The notes: generated by a model not told the origin, from the sequence alone. DNA of 64,000 bases from Longimicrobiales bacterium (GCA_965238005.1 OZ250165.1:4352001-4416000); one strand, 5' to 3'. Positions 1 through 9,052 are shown, counted from the stretch's first letter. Program-made: numbers and translations.

Positions 1-439
1 CGAGGAGGTCCATTCGGACGCCGATGTGTCCGATGCTCACTCCGTAGTTGACGATCTGCCCTCCCTCAAGCGCGGCATACCACGCGCCCACGTCCGGCGT
101 GCCGACCTCCAGCTCGAGCGCCGAGGTGACTCCGTCCCTCACCATCAGAGCGTAGGCCTCCTCGAACTGCCCATGTTCGTGCAGATCGATGAAGCCCGGC
201 GCGACGACCAGCCCGCTCGCGTTGATGGTCTGTGCGCCATCGATCTCCCCGTCGACGATCGCGGCGATGCTTCCGCCCCGGATTCCGATGCTGCGGACGG
301 CGTCGAGACCCGATTCGGGATCCACGACCCGGCCATTCGCGATGACCAGGTCGAAGTCACCGCCACCCTCCTCTGCGGGAACGCAGCCCAGCAGCGTCCC
401 GGTGAGCAGGGCGATTCCGATCGCGAGTGTGCGTTTCAT
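1..439 (-). CDS. Amidohydrolase (N-acyl-D-amino-acid/D-glutamate deacylase-like) lipoprotein, 5' part; runs off the window
   Basis: Manual translation, not in ORF track: [19 protein letters not shown]...[26 protein letters not shown]...[15 protein letters not shown]...[13 protein letters not shown]; lipobox and HxH metal motif. The + strand ORF 26..457 is its antisense shadow. Confidence 0.85.
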   Translation of the reverse strand, partial: MKRTLAIGIALLTGTLLGCVPAEEGGGDFDLVIANGRVVDPESGLDAVRSIGIRGGSIAAIVDGEIDGAQTINASGLVVAPGFIDLHEHGQFEEAYALMVRDGVTSALELEVGTPDVGAWYAALEGGQIVNYGVSIGHIGVRMDLL

Positions 440-570
440 CCCTCGGGCCTCCTGTAGATCACGCCATCCTTCATCACGAAGACGGCTCGTCTCAGCGCGT
501 TGATGTCTCTCAGCGGATCCCCGTCCGCGGCGATGATGTCCGCAATCTTGCCCGCCGCGAGGTCACCGGC
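436..570 (-). pseudogene. C-terminal remnant of an amidohydrolase gene
   Basis: Translates [43 protein letters not shown], closely matching the domain ends of the 9808-12237 protein; its stop overlaps the next ATG (ATGA); no 5' part present. Confidence 0.8.
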
Positions 571-1022
571 TGTCCTTAGAGGACGGGGGTCCCGCGACAG
601 GAATGCGTGCCTCTACGATTCGGCGGAGCGCCTCCGGTAGGTCCACGACGAGTCCGAGGCGGGCACGCAGCTCAACAGGGTCGACGACACCCATTTCGAG
701 CAGCGCGAGGCAGAACTCGATGTCCTTCTGGCGGTTTGCGATGGCCTTCGAGATCAAGAGATCGTGGAGTTCGAGGCAGAGTGCGACGACGCCGTTGGTG
801 GAACATGGATGCCTCTCCGATCGAGCCATCGATCAGATCGGCCTGGTGGCCATCCTCGTCTCCGAGCACGGCCACGTCCACCTCGATCGAACGAAGAGCC
901 TCCTCGGGGAGCGGCTCGTCAAGAGACGCATGAACGGCTTGGCTTCCAATCACGAGCACCTCGTCAACGCCAAGGACCGCGGCGGCGGCTCGGACCGCGT
1001 GCTCGAAGGCATCACGAGTCAC
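563..1022 (-). pseudogene. DUF6036-like nucleotidyltransferase (putative TA toxin) with internal deletion/frameshift
   Basis: N-part MTRDAFEHAVRAAA..VIGSQA..RSIEVDV..IDGSIGEASMFHQ and C-part TNGVVALCLELHDLLISKAIANRQKD are in different frames, joined at ~796-801; GS and ExD NTase motifs. Confidence 0.7.
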
Positions 1023-1530
1023 TGCGCCTCCTCTTCCTCTCCTCCTCGGCGAAGGCTCGGTACTCCGTTGCACGCTCCTTGGCCGAGAGCACTCCGGCGA
1101 ACGGCGTGACCTGCCGGAGTTCTCGTGCGCGCGCACCGGGATCGGTGAGTACCGGGATCAACTCGGGAATCGACCTCTTCAGAAGTACGCCCCACTCGTC
1201 GAGCAACTGTCGGGCTCCGGGGTTGGCGTGACGCATCTTCTTCAGAGTCTCTCGGGCCCGTTTCAACACCCAGCTGGGCCGCTCTTCCAGCCGCAGCGCG
1301 ATCGACCGATGGAGCGAGATGCTACGGCGATCCTCCCTCGTCAGCGGAGGATGGAACTGCACGCTCATTGCGAGCCCGACTGACTCCGCCAGCCGTCTGA
1401 CGGTGCCGAGCGTGGGGCTCTTTCGCCCCGTTTCGTAGGCTGCGATGGTCGGCTGTGACGTCCCGGCCGCATCCGCCAGCGCGGCCTGGGTTACCCCGAC
1501 TGTCCTCCGTAACGTCCGAATTTCGCTCAT
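1012..1530 (-). CDS. XRE-family HTH protein (putative antitoxin/regulator)
   Basis: MSEIRTLRRTVGVTQAALADAAGTSQPTIAAYETGRKSPTL is a classic HTH_3; C-terminal RELRQVTPFAGVL; overlaps the start of the DUF6036-like gene. Confidence 0.85.
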   Translation of the reverse strand: MSEIRTLRRTVGVTQAALADAAGTSQPTIAAYETGRKSPTLGTVRRLAESVGLAMSVQFHPPLTREDRRSISLHRSIALRLEERPSWVLKRARETLKKMRHANPGARQLLDEWGVLLKRSIPELIPVLTDPGARARELRQVTPFAGVLSAKERATEYRAFAEEERKRRRSDS

Positions 1531-1532
1531 AC

Positions 1533-1554
1533 GATATAATATCCGAACGGATAT
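1533..1554 (-). promoter_or_regulatory. Palindromic operator overlapping a -10-like box of a probably leaderless HTH gene
   Basis: ATATCCG-AA-CGGATAT at 1539-1554; TATTAT ends 5 nt before the ATG at 1530; no Shine-Dalgarno. Confidence 0.55.
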
Positions 1555-1652
1555 GTTTTCGCAATCCGGTTGCGGGCTCTGCGAGGGTTCAGGGGGTCGC
1601 CGGCTCGAGCCGAGGCACAAGGCGATCTGAACGCGCGGTCCTACCCTTGCGC

Positions 1653-1916
1653 TTATGCCGCCTCTACAGAGGTCGTGTGCTCGCAGCAGTCCACGAACTG
1701 CTCGAGTCGTTCGGGGCTGAACCCGGTTATGAAGTCGTTGCCGTGGGCGATCACGGGAACTCCGACCCCACCGCTCAGAGAGCGCCACTCTCTCAGGGCT
1801 TCAACGTCCTGTGTGATGTCGAGCTCCTCGAACTCACAACCGTGTTCCTTGAGCCAATCCTTGGCATCTCTGCAATAGGGTCACGTAGGGGTGGTGTAAA
1901 CTCTGATCTTGGCCAT
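1653..1916 (-). CDS. Glutaredoxin-like selenoprotein (UPYC motif, TGA read as Sec)
   Basis: MAKIRVYTTPT-[TGA 1883-1881]-PYCRDAKDWLKEHGCEFEELDITQDVEALREWRSLSGGVGVPVIAHGNDFITGFSPERLEQFVDCCEHTTSVEAA*; AGGAGG RBS 5 nt upstream; Grx cis-Pro VP motif; frame stays open for 75 codons after the TGA. Confidence 0.85.
1851..1868 (-). promoter_or_regulatory. Candidate bacterial SECIS element
   Basis: mRNA GA-U-GCCAA-GGA-UUGGC-UC: stem with bulged U and G-first apical loop starting 21 nt after the UGA. Confidence 0.6.
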
Positions 1917-2160
1917 AGGGGCCTCCTGGAGGGTGTGGACGTCGGACTTCTGATACCAAGAGAAGATGCGGCCGAATACAGGTCGTCGCGAGCCTTGTCC
2001 CCCCACTCCCTCCCTCCTACTCTCCAACCCACCGACCCGCCCGGCCGCATGCGCGGCCGACTCCCGCGGATCGCATGATGCCGACTCGAGGGGGCTGTGA
2101 TGCGGCGGTAGCGAGCACCAGTGTACGACAGCTCGGGAACGCCCGAGCAGGAGGAGCGAC

Positions 2161-4371
2161 ATGAGGGCCTGGACGATAGCACAGCTTTTCGGTGCCGGCG
2201 GCCGCTTCGCGCCGGGGGCGGTCGCCGCCTTGATGGCGCTCGCCACCCTGACGACGCTCGCCGCCCTGATCGCCATGACCGCCTGTCAGCCCGGCACCGA
2301 CACACTGAGCATCGACGACGACGACATCGGAGGCGTCGTGACGGGGCCAGGCGGGCCGGAGGCCGCCGTCTGGGTGATCGCGGAGACGACCGACCTTCCG
2401 ACGCGCTTCGCCCGGATCGTGGTGACGGACGACCGGGGTCGTTACTTGATCCCCGACCTTCCCGAGGCGAGCTACGACGTGTGGGTGCGCGGCTACGGCC
2501 TGGTGGATTCGGAGAAGCTTCACGCCTCGCCCGGCAGGGTCCGGAACCTGACCGCGGTGCCGGCACCGGACGCCCGGACGGCGGCGGAGTATTATCCGGC
2601 GGGCTATTGGCTGTCGCTCCTCCACATGCCCGAAGCGGACCAGTTCCCGGGGACCGGAGAGGGGGGGAACGGTATCTCGCCGAACATCCGGAACCAGGCC
2701 CAGCTCCTCAGGCTCGTGAAGTCGGGGAACTGCACCGCCTGCCATCAGCTCGGCACCATCGGCACCCGGCATATCCCCGAGGAACTGGGCGACTTCGAGT
2801 CCTCCGTGGACGCATGGGACCGGCGGATTCAGTCGGGCCAGGCCGGAGCGGGGATGAGCGCCGGTTTCGACCGGATGGGCCGGCAAGTGATGCTGGAGAT
2901 GTTCGCGGACTGGACCGACCGTATCGCCGCGGGCGAAGTGCCGCCGGCACCTCCCCGGCCGCAGGGCGTGGAGCGCAACGTGGTCGTCACGGTGTGGGAC
3001 TGGGCCGATCCGAAGGCGTACCTCCACGACGAGGCCTCCACGGATAGGCGGAATCCCACGGTCAACGCAAACGGGCCCATCTACGGGGCGCTGGAGGCCA
3101 GCGCGGATTACGTGCCCGTTCTGGATCCGGTGAGCCACACGGCGAGCCAGGTCGGTCTGACCGTCCGCGATCCGAGCACGCGGCCAGCCTCGGGTCCGGG
3201 CATGCCTCAACCGTCGCCGTATTGGGGCGACGAGCCCATCTGGATGAGCAAGAACAACGTCCACAACCCGATGTTGGACGAGAGGGGCCGGGTCTGGCTC
3301 ACATCCACCGTGCGCCCCCCGGACAATCCGGAATTCTGCCGGGAGGGGTCGGACCACCCGTCGGCGAAGCTCTTCCCCACTGCTCGCGCTCGGCGCCACC
3401 TTGCGATGTACGATCCGGAGACGGAGGAGCTCACCCACATCAGCACCTGTTTCAGCACGCACCACCTCATGTTCGCCGAGGACGAGGACAACACGCTCTG
3501 GACGAGCGGCGGCGGGCAGGTCGTGGGCTGGCTGAACACGAGGATGTTCGAGGAGACCGGCGACGAGGAGGCCTCGCAGGGCTGGACGGCGCTCGTCCTC
3601 GATACCAACGGCAACGGGACGCGGGACGACTACGTGGAGCCCAACCAGCCGGTCGACCCCACGAAGGACAAGAGAATCGTAGCCGGCTTCTACTCCGTGG
3701 CGCCCGCCCCCGACGGTTCCGTGTGGGCGACGTCACTGGGCTATCCGGGCGCGGTCGTCCGGTTGGATCCGGGCTCGAACCCGCCGGAGACGGCGCTGGC
3801 CGAACTATACGAGCTGCCGCTGGACGCCTCAGGGGCGCCCATTGAGGGGTTTTCACCGCGCGGCGGAGACATCGACCGGAACGGGGTGATGTGGGCGGCG
3901 CTCGCCAGCGGGCACATGGCCAGCTTCGACCGGAGCAAGTGCACGGGACCGCTCAACGGACCGTCAGCCACGGGCCGGCACTGTCCCGAGGGCTGGACCT
4001 TCTGGGAGGAGCCGCTGCCACAGATCCAGGGCGTGACCACCTCGGGAAGCGCCGAGGCGAGCTACTACACGTGGATCGATCAGTTCAACACGCTCGGCCT
4101 CGGCGAGAACGTGCCGATCAACACCGGCAACGCGTCCGAAGGGCTCTTGGCCCTCGTAAACGGGGCTTGGGTGGTTCTGCGGGTCCCCTATCCGCTCGGC
4201 TTCTACACCAAGTGGATGGACGGCCGCATCGACGATCCGGAGGGGGGCTGGAAGGGGAGGGGTCTGTGGGCGACCGTGAGCACGCGGGCGCCGTTCCACA
4301 TGGAAGGCGGCAAGGGCACGCCCAGCAAGGTCATGAAGTTCCAGTTGCGGCCCGACCCGCTGGCCAGGTGA
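2161..4371 (+). CDS. Exported protein: carboxypeptidase-regulatory-like domain, CxxCH heme motif, beta-propeller-like region
   Basis: 736 aa; hydrophobic leader ending in TAC lipobox; VVTDDRGRYLIPDLP..YDVWVRGYG; CTACH; AGGAGGAG RBS. Confidence 0.75.
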   Translation: MRAWTIAQLFGAGGRFAPGAVAALMALATLTTLAALIAMTACQPGTDTLSIDDDDIGGVVTGPGGPEAAVWVIAETTDLPTRFARIVVTDDRGRYLIPDLPEASYDVWVRGYGLVDSEKLHASPGRVRNLTAVPAPDARTAAEYYPAGYWLSLLHMPEADQFPGTGEGGNGISPNIRNQAQLLRLVKSGNCTACHQLGTIGTRHIPEELGDFESSVDAWDRRIQSGQAGAGMSAGFDRMGRQVMLEMFADWTDRIAAGEVPPAPPRPQGVERNVVVTVWDWADPKAYLHDEASTDRRNPTVNANGPIYGALEASADYVPVLDPVSHTASQVGLTVRDPSTRPASGPGMPQPSPYWGDEPIWMSKNNVHNPMLDERGRVWLTSTVRPPDNPEFCREGSDHPSAKLFPTARARRHLAMYDPETEELTHISTCFSTHHLMFAEDEDNTLWTSGGGQVVGWLNTRMFEETGDEEASQGWTALVLDTNGNGTRDDYVEPNQPVDPTKDKRIVAGFYSVAPAPDGSVWATSLGYPGAVVRLDPGSNPPETALAELYELPLDASGAPIEGFSPRGGDIDRNGVMWAALASGHMASFDRSKCTGPLNGPSATGRHCPEGWTFWEEPLPQIQGVTTSGSAEASYYTWIDQFNTLGLGENVPINTGNASEGLLALVNGAWVVLRVPYPLGFYTKWMDGRIDDPEGGWKGRGLWATVSTRAPFHMEGGKGTPSKVMKFQLRPDPLAR

Positions 4372-4404
4372 GGCGGGCGCTCGTCCCCCTACGGGGCCTT
4401 TCCA

Positions 4405-5736
4405 TCAGCCACTCGCGACCTCGTAGCCCTGCTGCGCCCACGCCGTGGTTCCGCCATTGATGCTGCGCACATCCTGATAGCCCAAGGAAGCGAGGAACAG
4501 AGCGCCGGACAGAGACCGTACGCCCGAGCCGCAGACCACGAGGATGGGGGCCTCGCGATCCTCGGGCAGCATGTCGACGTACTCGCTCATCTCCTGCAGC
4601 GGCATCAGAAGCCCACCGGGAATACGCACGTTCACGTATTCATCGGGCTCACGTACGTCGACCACCAGAGGACTCACGGTCTCGATGAGCTCGTGGGCGA
4701 GCCCGACCTCGATGGTGAGGCCCGGCGTGCCCCTCGCGTTCTCGACGAGGGCGTCCATCATGTGCTCGCGTGGACTGGGGGCCGCGGTCGAGCCCAGGTG
4801 TGGGAGGTGCTTGGGCACGGACGAGGCGTACTTGAAGGCATTGTCCGGGAACAACACCACGGCGAGCACACCGGGCTCGTCCGGAACCAGGTCGAAGGCA
4901 CCGGCGAGAGCCATGCCGGAGCTCGGACCGGCTATGATGCTCTCCTCACGGTTGAGCCGGAGGCAGAGGTCGAAGGCCGCCTGGTTGGTCACCTCGACCA
5001 GGTCGTCATACTCGTCGGGCCGGAAGAGCTCGGTCTGCTGGAGCTGGCGAAGGCTCCGCACCCCCGGGATGTCGTGTCCCTCTTCCGGGTACACGCCATG
5101 AACCTTGATGGCGGGGCTCTTCTCCTTCAGGAACCGTCCCGTCCCCGTAATCGTCCCGCAGGTGCCCAGGCCGGCCACGAAGTGCGTCACGGCGCCGTCG
5201 GTCTGGAGCCAGATCTCCGGGCCCGTGGTCTTGTAGTGCGCCTCGGGATTGGCTTCGTTCCGATACTGATTGAGCATGTGGAAGTCGGGATCCTCGGCCA
5301 GCTCGTTGGCTTTGGCGATCGCTCCTTCGGGAGCGCCGGGAGCGGGGCAAAGGGTGTCCTCGAGCTCGATGACGTTCGCGCCGAAGAACCGCAGCATCGT
5401 GCGCTTCTCGAGTGGGATTTCCGATGACAGCGGGGTGGTGAGCGAATACCCCCTCGCATTGGACAACATGGCCAGGCCCATCCCGGTGTTCCCTGAGGTG
5501 GGCTCGACCAGCTTCTGCTCCGGGTCCAGAACTCCCCGCTTCTCGGCATCGACGATCATGTTGGCGGCGATGCGATCCTTGACCGCGCCGAACGGGTTGT
5601 ACCACTCGAGCTTTGCGTACACCTGTGCGTGCTCGAACGGAACCACGCGATCGAGCCGCACGAGAGGTGTGGGATTCTCCACGTCGCAGAGCAGGCCGAG
5701 TACCGAGTCGTATACGCGTCGTCGGTGATCTCGCAT
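4405..5736 (-). CDS. PLP-dependent cysteine synthase family protein fused to C-terminal rhodanese domain
   Basis: YAKLEWYNPFGAVKDR, EPTSGNTG, GLGTCGT, GPSSG; then VDVREPDEY..IPG..VCGSGVRS..SINGGTTAW; GGAGG RBS before ATG 5736. Confidence 0.9.
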   Translation of the reverse strand: MRDHRRRVYDSVLGLLCDVENPTPLVRLDRVVPFEHAQVYAKLEWYNPFGAVKDRIAANMIVDAEKRGVLDPEQKLVEPTSGNTGMGLAMLSNARGYSLTTPLSSEIPLEKRTMLRFFGANVIELEDTLCPAPGAPEGAIAKANELAEDPDFHMLNQYRNEANPEAHYKTTGPEIWLQTDGAVTHFVAGLGTCGTITGTGRFLKEKSPAIKVHGVYPEEGHDIPGVRSLRQLQQTELFRPDEYDDLVEVTNQAAFDLCLRLNREESIIAGPSSGMALAGAFDLVPDEPGVLAVVLFPDNAFKYASSVPKHLPHLGSTAAPSPREHMMDALVENARGTPGLTIEVGLAHELIETVSPLVVDVREPDEYVNVRIPGGLLMPLQEMSEYVDMLPEDREAPILVVCGSGVRSLSGALFLASLGYQDVRSINGGTTAWAQQGYEVASG

Positions 5737-5967
5737 GAGCCGTCCTCCGTGATGTCGACGATGGGGCCCGCCGGACTCTCGGTTCCCGGATTCGCGCCCC
5801 TCCCTGCATAGTGCTCCGGAAGCCCTCCGGAGTTCCCGCCGCTCTCGGCGCTCTCCGCGAAATCGGAACAGTAGTTCGCCACACACTTCCGAGGGTGACC
5901 TGCAGCATCTTGCTCCCGCCGGGCTCCACGGCGCATGTTTCCGCCGCCCAATTGCCGAAGGGAGACC

Positions 5968-7566
5968 ATGCGCCACACCGCCATCCTCGCCATCCTCGCC
6001 ATCGCCGCCGCCCTCGCCGCAGCCCCTGTCGACGCTCAGACGTACGACGTCCTGATCCGCGGTGGCACCGTCATCGACGGCACCGGCACGCCTGGCTTTG
6101 CCGCCGACGTCGCGGTCTCGGACGGCAGGATCGTTGCAATCTCCCGCGACGGGATCGACCCCTCCGAGGCGGAGACCGTCATCGACGCGACCGGACAGGT
6201 CGTCACACCGGGCTTCATCGACAACCACGCGCACGTCCAGCGGACGATCGCCGAGTATCCGCTGGCCGAGAATTTCCTCCGCCAGGGGATCGCTACCATC
6301 GTCGCTTCTCTGCACTCGGGCGCGCAGCCTTGGCCGCTCGAGGACTTCGCCTCGAGCCTCGAGATGGCGCCCAACGTGGGGTTCTTCGCGGGTCACTCGT
6401 GGACGCGCCGGCGTGTCATGGGCATGGACAACCGCGCCCCGACGCCCGAAGAGCTGGAAGAGATGAAGGCCCTCGTCGACCAGTCGATGCGGGAGGGGGC
6501 GCTGGGTCTCTCGACCGGCCTTCTCTACGTGCCCGCGAACTTCGCCGAGACGGAGGAAATCATAGAGCTGGCCAAGATCGCTGCGGCCCACGGCGGAATC
6601 TACGTGAGCCACATGCGGAACGAGGCGAGCGGGCTCCTCGAGTCGGTGGCCGAAGTCATCCGCATCGCGGACGAGGCCGGCATCCCGGCGCAGATCAACC
6701 ACCACAAAGCGACCGGATCCGCACAGTGGGGCTGGAGCGTAAGGACGCTGGCGATGATCGACTCCGCCAACGCGGCCGGGCTGACGGTCACGCACGACCT
6801 CTACCCGTACACCGCTTCAAGCACCGGGTCTTCGATCCTCTTCCCGCAGTGGGCGCTCGCGGACGGCTCAGCGGCGTTTGCGGAGCGCGTTGCCGACCCC
6901 GAGACGCGCGCGCGTCTGGAAGAGGGCATGCGCTTCATCTTCACCACGGACCGGACCGGGGGAGACATCTCCCGCATCCAGTTCCGCGTCTTGGGCTCGG
7001 ATCAGAGCTACAACGGAAAAACGCTAGCGGACTACGCCGCCGACCGCGGGCTTCCTAACGACCTGGAGACAGGGATCGACCTGGCGATCGAGCTCCAGCT
7101 ACGGGGCGGGTTCAGCGCGATCTACCACGCGATGGACGAGGACGACGTCATCCGGATCATGCAGCACCCGCTGGCCATGATCGAGACCGACGGGGACGCG
7201 GTGGGCTACGGGATCGGCTACCCCCACCCGCGCAGCTATGGAGCCTTCCCGCGCGTGCTCGCCCGCTACGTCCGCGAGCTCGGCGTCATCACGCTCGAGG
7301 AGGCCGTGAAGAAGATGACGTCGATGCCGGCCCAGTGGCTCGGACGCGAGGACATGGGCTTCATCGCAGAAGGGATGCGGGCCGACGTGGCGGTCTTCGA
7401 CCCGGACGTGATCGCGGACCGGGCGACGTACGCCGATCCCCACCAATTCTCGGTGGGAATCACCGATCTGCTGGTAAACGGCGTGCCGGTGATCCTCAAC
7501 GGCGGCATCACCGGCGAGAAGCCGGGAAGATGGATTCGCGGACCGGTGCGGAGGCCGATCAGCTAG
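5968..7566 (+). CDS. N-acyl-D-amino-acid deacylase family amidohydrolase, secreted
   Basis: Signal peptide; YDVLIRGGTVIDGTG, PGFIDNHAH, GALGLSTGLLY, SHMRNE, HPRSYGAFPRVL, KMTSMPA. Confidence 0.9.
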   Translation: MRHTAILAILAIAAALAAAPVDAQTYDVLIRGGTVIDGTGTPGFAADVAVSDGRIVAISRDGIDPSEAETVIDATGQVVTPGFIDNHAHVQRTIAEYPLAENFLRQGIATIVASLHSGAQPWPLEDFASSLEMAPNVGFFAGHSWTRRRVMGMDNRAPTPEELEEMKALVDQSMREGALGLSTGLLYVPANFAETEEIIELAKIAAAHGGIYVSHMRNEASGLLESVAEVIRIADEAGIPAQINHHKATGSAQWGWSVRTLAMIDSANAAGLTVTHDLYPYTASSTGSSILFPQWALADGSAAFAERVADPETRARLEEGMRFIFTTDRTGGDISRIQFRVLGSDQSYNGKTLADYAADRGLPNDLETGIDLAIELQLRGGFSAIYHAMDEDDVIRIMQHPLAMIETDGDAVGYGIGYPHPRSYGAFPRVLARYVRELGVITLEEAVKKMTSMPAQWLGREDMGFIAEGMRADVAVFDPDVIADRATYADPHQFSVGITDLLVNGVPVILNGGITGEKPGRWIRGPVRRPIS

Positions 7567-7659
7567 GATGGAGTCCGGGTCGTCCTGGAACGGCGATCGA
7601 GAAAACCGTGTGGTTCGGCTCTGGAGCGCTCGAGCGCTTCCGGTACGACTCCAACTACA

Positions 7660-7775
7660 ACAACCTGCCCCCGTTCGGGACAATTCAGCTGGCGTTCGAG
7701 CGGGGGGCCGCCGAGTTTGGTCAGGAATCGACGCAGGGTACCACGCTGTTCTTGAAGGTCTCGACCGTCCTATAG
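7660..7775 (+). pseudogene. Probable C-terminal fragment of an outer-membrane (DUF5916-like) protein
   Basis: PPFGTIQLAFERGAAEFGQESTQGTTLFLKVSTVL* resembles a beta-barrel C-terminus; no start. Confidence 0.35.
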
Positions 7776-7815
7776 CGTCAGCCTCTCCCACCAACTTGTC
7801 CACGCCCCCACCAGA

Positions 7816-7960
7816 TGGTACGGTGTAGCCAACGTGAAGTGGCTGAAGCGGATCGCGGTCAGGGACACGCGCTTCATGGGCCGGTTCATGGCTCGGGACT
7901 ACGTGACGCTTCGGGAGGAGCAGCGGAACGGCGAAACCGTGTGGACCGAGTCTTCCGTCG
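7816..7960 (+). pseudogene. Internal fragment of a sulfite oxidase-family molybdoenzyme
   Basis: WYGVANVKWLKRIAVRDTRFMGRFMARDYVTLR contains the (PG)WYG..xVKWL Moco-domain motif; no N- or C-terminal domains. Confidence 0.65.
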
Positions 7961-8042
7961 TACTGGGAGAGCAACGGGCAGGTGACGAGGCGGATCCTGA
8001 TCGACTGACGGCGAGCGCCAGCACCTGCCGAGAAGGAAGGTC

Positions 8043-8816
8043 GTGATGAAAGGACGCTGTCGCCACAGCATCAGTCGCGCCTCGGCATTCTCCGGCCTCG
8101 CGCTGCTCGTGCTCTTCGCGACAGCACCGTCACGGCCTGGTTTCGCAGCCCAGAGTGGACAGCCACAGGTAGCCGCTACGGGTGCGCTGGAAGGTTATGT
8201 GCGTCTAGCAGGTGAGTCCCGGCCCGCACCAACGCGTGTGCAGAACACAACGGATCCAGAGGTATGTGGCCTCGAACACAGCCTCGAGGACTTGATGCTG
8301 TCGGCGGAGACTCGAGGCGTTCAGCATGTGATCGGGACGCTGGTCGACGTCCCCACAGATCAGCTTCCTGCCGGACTTCCGCAACGGCTCGTCATCGACA
8401 ACCACGAATGTCGGTTCATTCCACACGTGGCGGTAGCGAGGGTAGGGGACACGATCGTGGCGAAGAACAGCGACCCGATTTTTCACACCACTCACTACTA
8501 CGGTCCCCTCACTTCCAACGTAGCTCTGCCGGTGGAGGGAATGACCGTCTCCCGAGTATTCCGGCGTTCAGGTATGATCAGCGTATTGTGTGATACCCAT
8601 GGCTGGATGCGGGCCTTTGTTCGAGTGGATGTCCACCCTTTTCACGCGGTTTCGGACGAGCTCGGCTTCCTCCGGATCTTCGGAATCCCGCCGGGGAGCT
8701 ACACGCTAGAGCTTTGGCACGAAACGCTGGGTACGCAGCAGGTTCGGGTTGAGATTCGATCAGGCGAGACGGCGCGGCTCGACCTCGAGTACGCGCTCAC
8801 TCACTCTCGACCCTAG
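8043..8816 (+). CDS. Exported cupredoxin-like/carboxypeptidase-regulatory domain protein
   Basis: Signal peptide; CRFIPHV, NSDPIFHTTH, LCDTHGWM, IPPGSYTLELWHE. Confidence 0.7.
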   Translation: MMKGRCRHSISRASAFSGLALLVLFATAPSRPGFAAQSGQPQVAATGALEGYVRLAGESRPAPTRVQNTTDPEVCGLEHSLEDLMLSAETRGVQHVIGTLVDVPTDQLPAGLPQRLVIDNHECRFIPHVAVARVGDTIVAKNSDPIFHTTHYYGPLTSNVALPVEGMTVSRVFRRSGMISVLCDTHGWMRAFVRVDVHPFHAVSDELGFLRIFGIPPGSYTLELWHETLGTQQVRVEIRSGETARLDLEYALTHSRP

Positions 8817-9023
8817 TGTGGTGTTACAGAAGTTCGCGAGCCACCGAGAGTGCCGAGGCGCCGGATCCGGGGTACCCGCGCCGTTAGGCGTGGGTCAGGC
8901 GCGACGACGAGGAATAGCAACGCGGGCACCGCGGCCGAAGGCCGTGGTCCGAGGAGGAGGAACGCCGCAGGGCCGGATGCATCGGTGCTCGAATGGCCGA
9001 GACACTTCTGTAACACCATACTA
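8814..9023. mobile_element. 210-bp MITE-like element with 20-bp terminal inverted repeats
   Basis: TAGTGTGGTGTTACAGAAGT (8814-8833) and ACTTCTGTAACACCATACTA (9004-9023) are 19/20 reverse complements; TA at both ends; internal GC hairpin; no transposase. Confidence 0.7.
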
Positions 9024-9052
9024 CACTCAGACGAAAAAATCGGAGGCGCGCT

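Noticed and set aside
1999..2050. C-rich low-complexity tract between the Grx and the heme protein gene
   Set aside because: No consistent unit or recognisable structure.
1881..2276. ORF-track 131-aa ORF ending MAKIRVYTTPT
   Set aside because: Only its last 11 codons are real; the TGA is better read as Sec and the upstream part overlaps gene 2161-4371 antisense.
5740..5900. Possible SAM or glycine riboswitch upstream of the cysteine synthase gene
   Set aside because: Hairpins are present (CTCCGGA..TCCGGAG) but the conserved aptamer motifs could not be found.
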